A stretch of DNA of 64,000 bases, from NCBI GenBank assembly GCA_963839635.1, contig CAWIVT010000008.1, forward strand, positions 381,657-445,656. The letters are read 5' to 3'. Under the pieces are notes generated by a model. That model was given only the letters and a program-made list of their open reading frames with translations, was not told where the DNA came from and ran no database searches. Of the stretch, positions 60,781 through 64,000 are shown in pieces. How positions within the stretch are numbered: position 1 is the stretch's first letter; each line of letters starts with the position of its first letter. The position numbers were made by a program, and so were the translations under genes. This DNA is from an uncultured Chloroflexia bacterium (lineage in GTDB: Bacteria > Chloroflexota > Limnocylindria > QHBO01).

Positions 60781-60904
60781 CCGCGTACGCTAGCCGACGG
60801 GCCGGGTGGCCGCCTGCCGGCAGCTCGACGCGGTGCAGCAGCATCTGCCGCGCCAGCGGGGATCGGTTCAGCTCGCGGCGGGTGAGGACCGGTTCGGACG
60901 CCAT
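60773..60904 (-). pseudogene. 43-aa N-terminal remnant resembling YcaQ/AlkZ-type winged-helix proteins
   Basis: MASEPVLTRRELNRSPLARQMLLHRVELP resembles the family N-terminus as I recall it. It is truncated by a stop at 60773. Confidence 0.25.
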
Positions 60905-60997
60905 CGCCGGTACGGTAGGCGATCGGCCGGACCCCTTGCGCTGGCCCGTAGGCTGTAGGCGGGCGGACCCATCGGATGGATCGTCGGAGGAGGTCTC

Positions 60998-61426
60998 GTG
61001 AGTTTCGATTTCATCAACGACCTGAACTGGCTCGCCGTCATCGTCGGGGCGTTGATCTACTTTGCGCTCGGTGCGCTGTGGTACACACCGGGATTCCTCG
61101 GGCGCCGCTGGCAGCGCTCGATCGGCTGGGACCCGGAGCAGACGCCCCCGGAGATGAAGATCGCGACCTACGCGGTGCCGCTCGTTGCGTACATCGTGAT
61201 GGCGATCGCCGTCGGTCTGGTGGCCGCCGCCACGGGGACCGACACACTCGGCGAGGGGATCATCCTGGGGCTGGTGCTGGGCGTCGGGCTGTCGCTGATG
61301 CACACCCTGGTCGACGCCACCTTCGACCCGAACAAGCCGGAGCCCTGGACCTGGTTCGCGATCAACGGCACCTACCACGCGCTCGGCCTGTTGATCGTCT
61401 CGGTCATCGTCGCCGTCTGGCGCTGA
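60998..61426 (+). CDS. DUF1761-like membrane protein
   Basis: Reads NWLAVIVGALIYFALGALWYTPGFLGRRW. GGAGGAGG lies upstream of the GTG start. Confidence 0.75.
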   Translation: MSFDFINDLNWLAVIVGALIYFALGALWYTPGFLGRRWQRSIGWDPEQTPPEMKIATYAVPLVAYIVMAIAVGLVAAATGTDTLGEGIILGLVLGVGLSLMHTLVDATFDPNKPEPWTWFAINGTYHALGLLIVSVIVAVWR

Positions 61427-61433
61427 TCCGAGC

Positions 61434-62252
61434 GTGAGCACAACTCGCCTGGCCGACCTGTTCGAAACGCCCAGCCCGGTCATCGCCATGGCGCACTTCC
61501 CGGCCCTGCCGGGAACGCCGCGCCACGTGCCGGGCACCTCGCTCGACGAGCTCGCCGATCGGGTGCGCACCGACGTCGGCCACCTGCTCGACAGCGGTGT
61601 GGACGGCATCCTGTTCTGCAACGAGGACGATCGGCCCTACAGCCTCCACGTGGGCGCGGAGATACCGGCGACCATGGCCGCCGTGATCGCCGAGGTCCGC
61701 CCGGCGGATCGGCCGTTCGGGGTCGATATCCTGTGGGATCCGATGGCGGCCATGGCACTCGCCAAGGCGACCGGTGCCGCGTTCATGCGCGAGGTGGTGA
61801 CCGGCGCCTACGAGAGCGACATGGGCGTATGGGCCCCCGACGCCGCCGAGCTGTATCGCTATCGACGCCAGATCGACGCCGAGGACGTCCTGGTCATGGC
61901 CAACATCACGCCCGAGTTCGCGTCTCCGCTCGGTTCGCGATCGGTTGCGCAGCGGGCGCGCAGCGCCCTCACCTCGTCGCTGATCGACGTGCTGCTGATC
62001 GCCGGGCCGATGGCGGGCGCCGAGCCTGACCTCTCAGCCCTCCGTGAGGCGAAGGAGGCGGTCGACGGACGGATCCCCGTTCTCATGAACACCGGCGCGC
62101 GGGCGGACAACATCGGCCGCTTCCTCGAGGTGGCGGATGGCGTCATCGTGGGCTCGGGCCTCAAGGTCGACGGCCAGACCTGGAATCCGGTCGATCCGGC
62201 GCGGGTCACCGCGTTCATGGCCGCAGTGCGGGTGACTCGCTCCGCCGCGTAG
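61434..62252 (+). CDS. BtpA/SgcQ-family TIM-barrel protein
   Basis: Reads VIAMAHFPALPGTP...GILFCNEDD...MREVVTGAY. Confidence 0.75.
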   Translation: MSTTRLADLFETPSPVIAMAHFPALPGTPRHVPGTSLDELADRVRTDVGHLLDSGVDGILFCNEDDRPYSLHVGAEIPATMAAVIAEVRPADRPFGVDILWDPMAAMALAKATGAAFMREVVTGAYESDMGVWAPDAAELYRYRRQIDAEDVLVMANITPEFASPLGSRSVAQRARSALTSSLIDVLLIAGPMAGAEPDLSALREAKEAVDGRIPVLMNTGARADNIGRFLEVADGVIVGSGLKVDGQTWNPVDPARVTAFMAAVRVTRSAA

Positions 62253-62267
62253 CTCCGCGGTCGGCCG

Positions 62268-62813
62268 TCAGCGGCAGGCCGGGTGCTCGCGCAGCCGATC
62301 TCGCAGGTCCTCGGCAATGGCCGCTGCATCGTCGGATGCGTCGACGACGATGTCGGCGACCGACGTGTAGAGCGGGTCGCGCTCCCGCACCGCATCGACG
62401 AACCACGACTTCCCGCCCGCGTCGATCCATGGCCGATGCTCCCCACCGCGGGCCCGGGAGGCGAGCGTTTCGGCGTCGGCGCGAAGCCACACGACGATCC
62501 CGCCGCCACCGAGCCGCTCGCGGTTCGCCGCGTCGAGGATGGTCCCCGCCGCGACACCGATGATGGCCGGCTCGGCGACTTCGAGCCCGCGAGCCAGAGC
62601 CGAGGACTCTGCGGCCCGCATCGCGGCCTCGCCGCGCTCGGCCAGCAGCTGGCGCGACGTCGCGCCCTGCGATTCGCGGACGAGGTCGTCGTTGTCGACG
62701 TACGGCCACCCGGTAGCCTCGGAGAGCAGCTGCCCGATGGTCGACTTCCCGCTGCCCATCATCCCGACCAGGATGATCCGGCATGGTCGCGCGGCGCTGC
62801 CCTCTGACGACAT
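62268..62813 (-). CDS. shikimate-kinase-family P-loop kinase
   Basis: Reads ILVGMMGSGKSTIGQLL...YVDNDDL. Confidence 0.7.
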   Translation of the reverse strand: MSSEGSAARPCRIILVGMMGSGKSTIGQLLSEATGWPYVDNDDLVRESQGATSRQLLAERGEAAMRAAESSALARGLEVAEPAIIGVAAGTILDAANRERLGGGGIVVWLRADAETLASRARGGEHRPWIDAGGKSWFVDAVRERDPLYTSVADIVVDASDDAAAIAEDLRDRLREHPACR

Positions 62814-62830
62814 CTCGCGGAGTCTACGCT

Positions 62831-63982
62831 GTGCACGTGCCGTCCCCGGTCGCCGCGCGCGCTGCTTACGCCACGCTCTTCGGGGCCATCGGCGCGTCGT
62901 TCCCCTACCTGCCGGTCTACTACCGATCGGCCGGCCTCAGCCTCGGTGAGATCGGCCTGCTCAGTGCGCTCGCGGCGGCCGTCGGCCTGGTGGGCGCGCC
63001 GCTGTGGGGGACGCTGGCTGACCGATACCCCACCTCTCGGCTCATCATGCCCGCCGCCGCTACGCTCGCAGCGCTGTCCGCCCTTGCGCTGGCCGTGGCG
63101 CGCCAGCCTGTCGCCATCGGCGCCGCGGTGGTCGCCACGTCGGTGGCGCTCGCCGGCCTCACGCCGATCCTCGACACGCGAGCGCTCGAGGCGGTTCGCG
63201 GCGACCACGACCGGTACAGCCGCCTGCGGGTATGGGGCTCCATCGGCTTCGTCGTGGTCGTGTGGATCACCGGGTTCCTGATCGAGCGTGCCGGCATCGC
63301 GAGCCTGTTCTGGGTCTACGTTCCGCTGCTTGCGCTCACGGCGGTCGTGGCCGTCGTGCTGCGCGGCGCCGGACGGACGGTGCCGGCGTTGCCGCGACTG
63401 TCGGGCATCGGCCTCGTGCTTCGGCAGCCACCACTGAGACGGTTCCTGCTTGCCGCATTCGCCGTCTGGTCGGCGTCGATGGCGATCAACGCCTTTCTCT
63501 CGATCCACCTGCTCGACATCGGCGCGCCCGGGGAGCTGGTCGGCTCGGCCTGGGCACTCGGCGCAGCCGTCGAGGTGCCGATCATGTGGGCGTATCCCGC
63601 CCTGGCGGCGCGATTCGGGGCGCGACGGCTGATCGTGGCGGGCGCAGCTGCCTTCGCGCTTCGTGCGCTCGCGCTTCCACTCCTGGCGCACCCGGTGCCG
63701 GTGGCGTTGACGATGCTGCTGCACGGTGCGGGATTCGGGCTGCTGCTGGTGGGGGGAGTGACGCACGTCTCTCGCCACGCGCCGCCCGGCGCGGCAGCAA
63801 CCGCCCAGGGAGTGCTGACCGCCGTGGTGTTCAGCCTGTCCATGATCGTGGGGCCGGGGCTCGGCGGCCTTGCCGCCGGCGCCTGGGGCATTCCGGTCAT
63901 GTTCGGGATCGCGGCGGCCCTCGGCGTGGTGGCGGCCATCCTGATGGGCATCGCCGTTGCCGAGAACCGCGAGGCCGGTTGA
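62831..63982 (+). CDS. MFS transporter (MFS_1_like)
   Basis: 12 TM segments. The start is placed at in-frame GTG 62831 to avoid a 5' overlap with the divergent kinase gene. The ORF track starts at 62783. Confidence 0.8.
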   Translation: MHVPSPVAARAAYATLFGAIGASFPYLPVYYRSAGLSLGEIGLLSALAAAVGLVGAPLWGTLADRYPTSRLIMPAAATLAALSALALAVARQPVAIGAAVVATSVALAGLTPILDTRALEAVRGDHDRYSRLRVWGSIGFVVVVWITGFLIERAGIASLFWVYVPLLALTAVVAVVLRGAGRTVPALPRLSGIGLVLRQPPLRRFLLAAFAVWSASMAINAFLSIHLLDIGAPGELVGSAWALGAAVEVPIMWAYPALAARFGARRLIVAGAAAFALRALALPLLAHPVPVALTMLLHGAGFGLLLVGGVTHVSRHAPPGAAATAQGVLTAVVFSLSMIVGPGLGGLAAGAWGIPVMFGIAAALGVVAAILMGIAVAENREAG

Positions 63983-64000
63983 CGCTACGATCGGGCCATG

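Noticed and set aside
1-64000. tRNA, rRNA, tmRNA, RNase P and prophage/IS content
   Set aside because: None was recognised by eye in any intergenic region. Absence cannot be proven without tRNAscan or Infernal.

Overview
High-GC (Actinomycetota- or Chloroflexota-like; inference) chromosomal segment with about 75 genes. Most are housekeeping, metabolic or transport genes. I recognised no rRNA, tRNA, CRISPR array, integrase or transposase. Confident calls include EamA transporters, a YciI/ECF42-type sigma pair, citrate synthase, cyclophilin, a PAS-GGDEF-EAL protein, ArsR-TrxA, MsrA, TypA/BipA, a peptide ABC system, a GH3 hydrolase, a SemiSWEET and an aminotransferase. Main leads: (1) a 213-nt, strongly structured intergenic element present twice at 98.6% identity (28511-28723 and 40834-41046), a candidate novel ncRNA or non-autonomous mobile element. 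(2) A DEDDh exonuclease translationally coupled to an uncharacterised 446-aa protein carrying a Pol-beta nucleotidyltransferase signature (5285-7173). (3) An overlapping three-gene operon of HipA-like kinase, DUF3037 and DinB (54853-56510). (4) Three spaced palindromes plus a perfect 13-bp hairpin in a gene-free convergent spacer (36134-36309). (5) A GAAC-N4-GTTC SOS box on an apparently leaderless promoter of a radical SAM gene. A major caveat is that many conserved genes (pfk, pyk, ansA, dppBC, two FAD oxidoreductases, Rieske and others) are readable only by frame-hopping. These frameshifts fall in patchy clusters and look like homopolymer indels. Coordinates of frameshift-corrected genes are approximate. 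Everything here is by-eye analysis without database searches.
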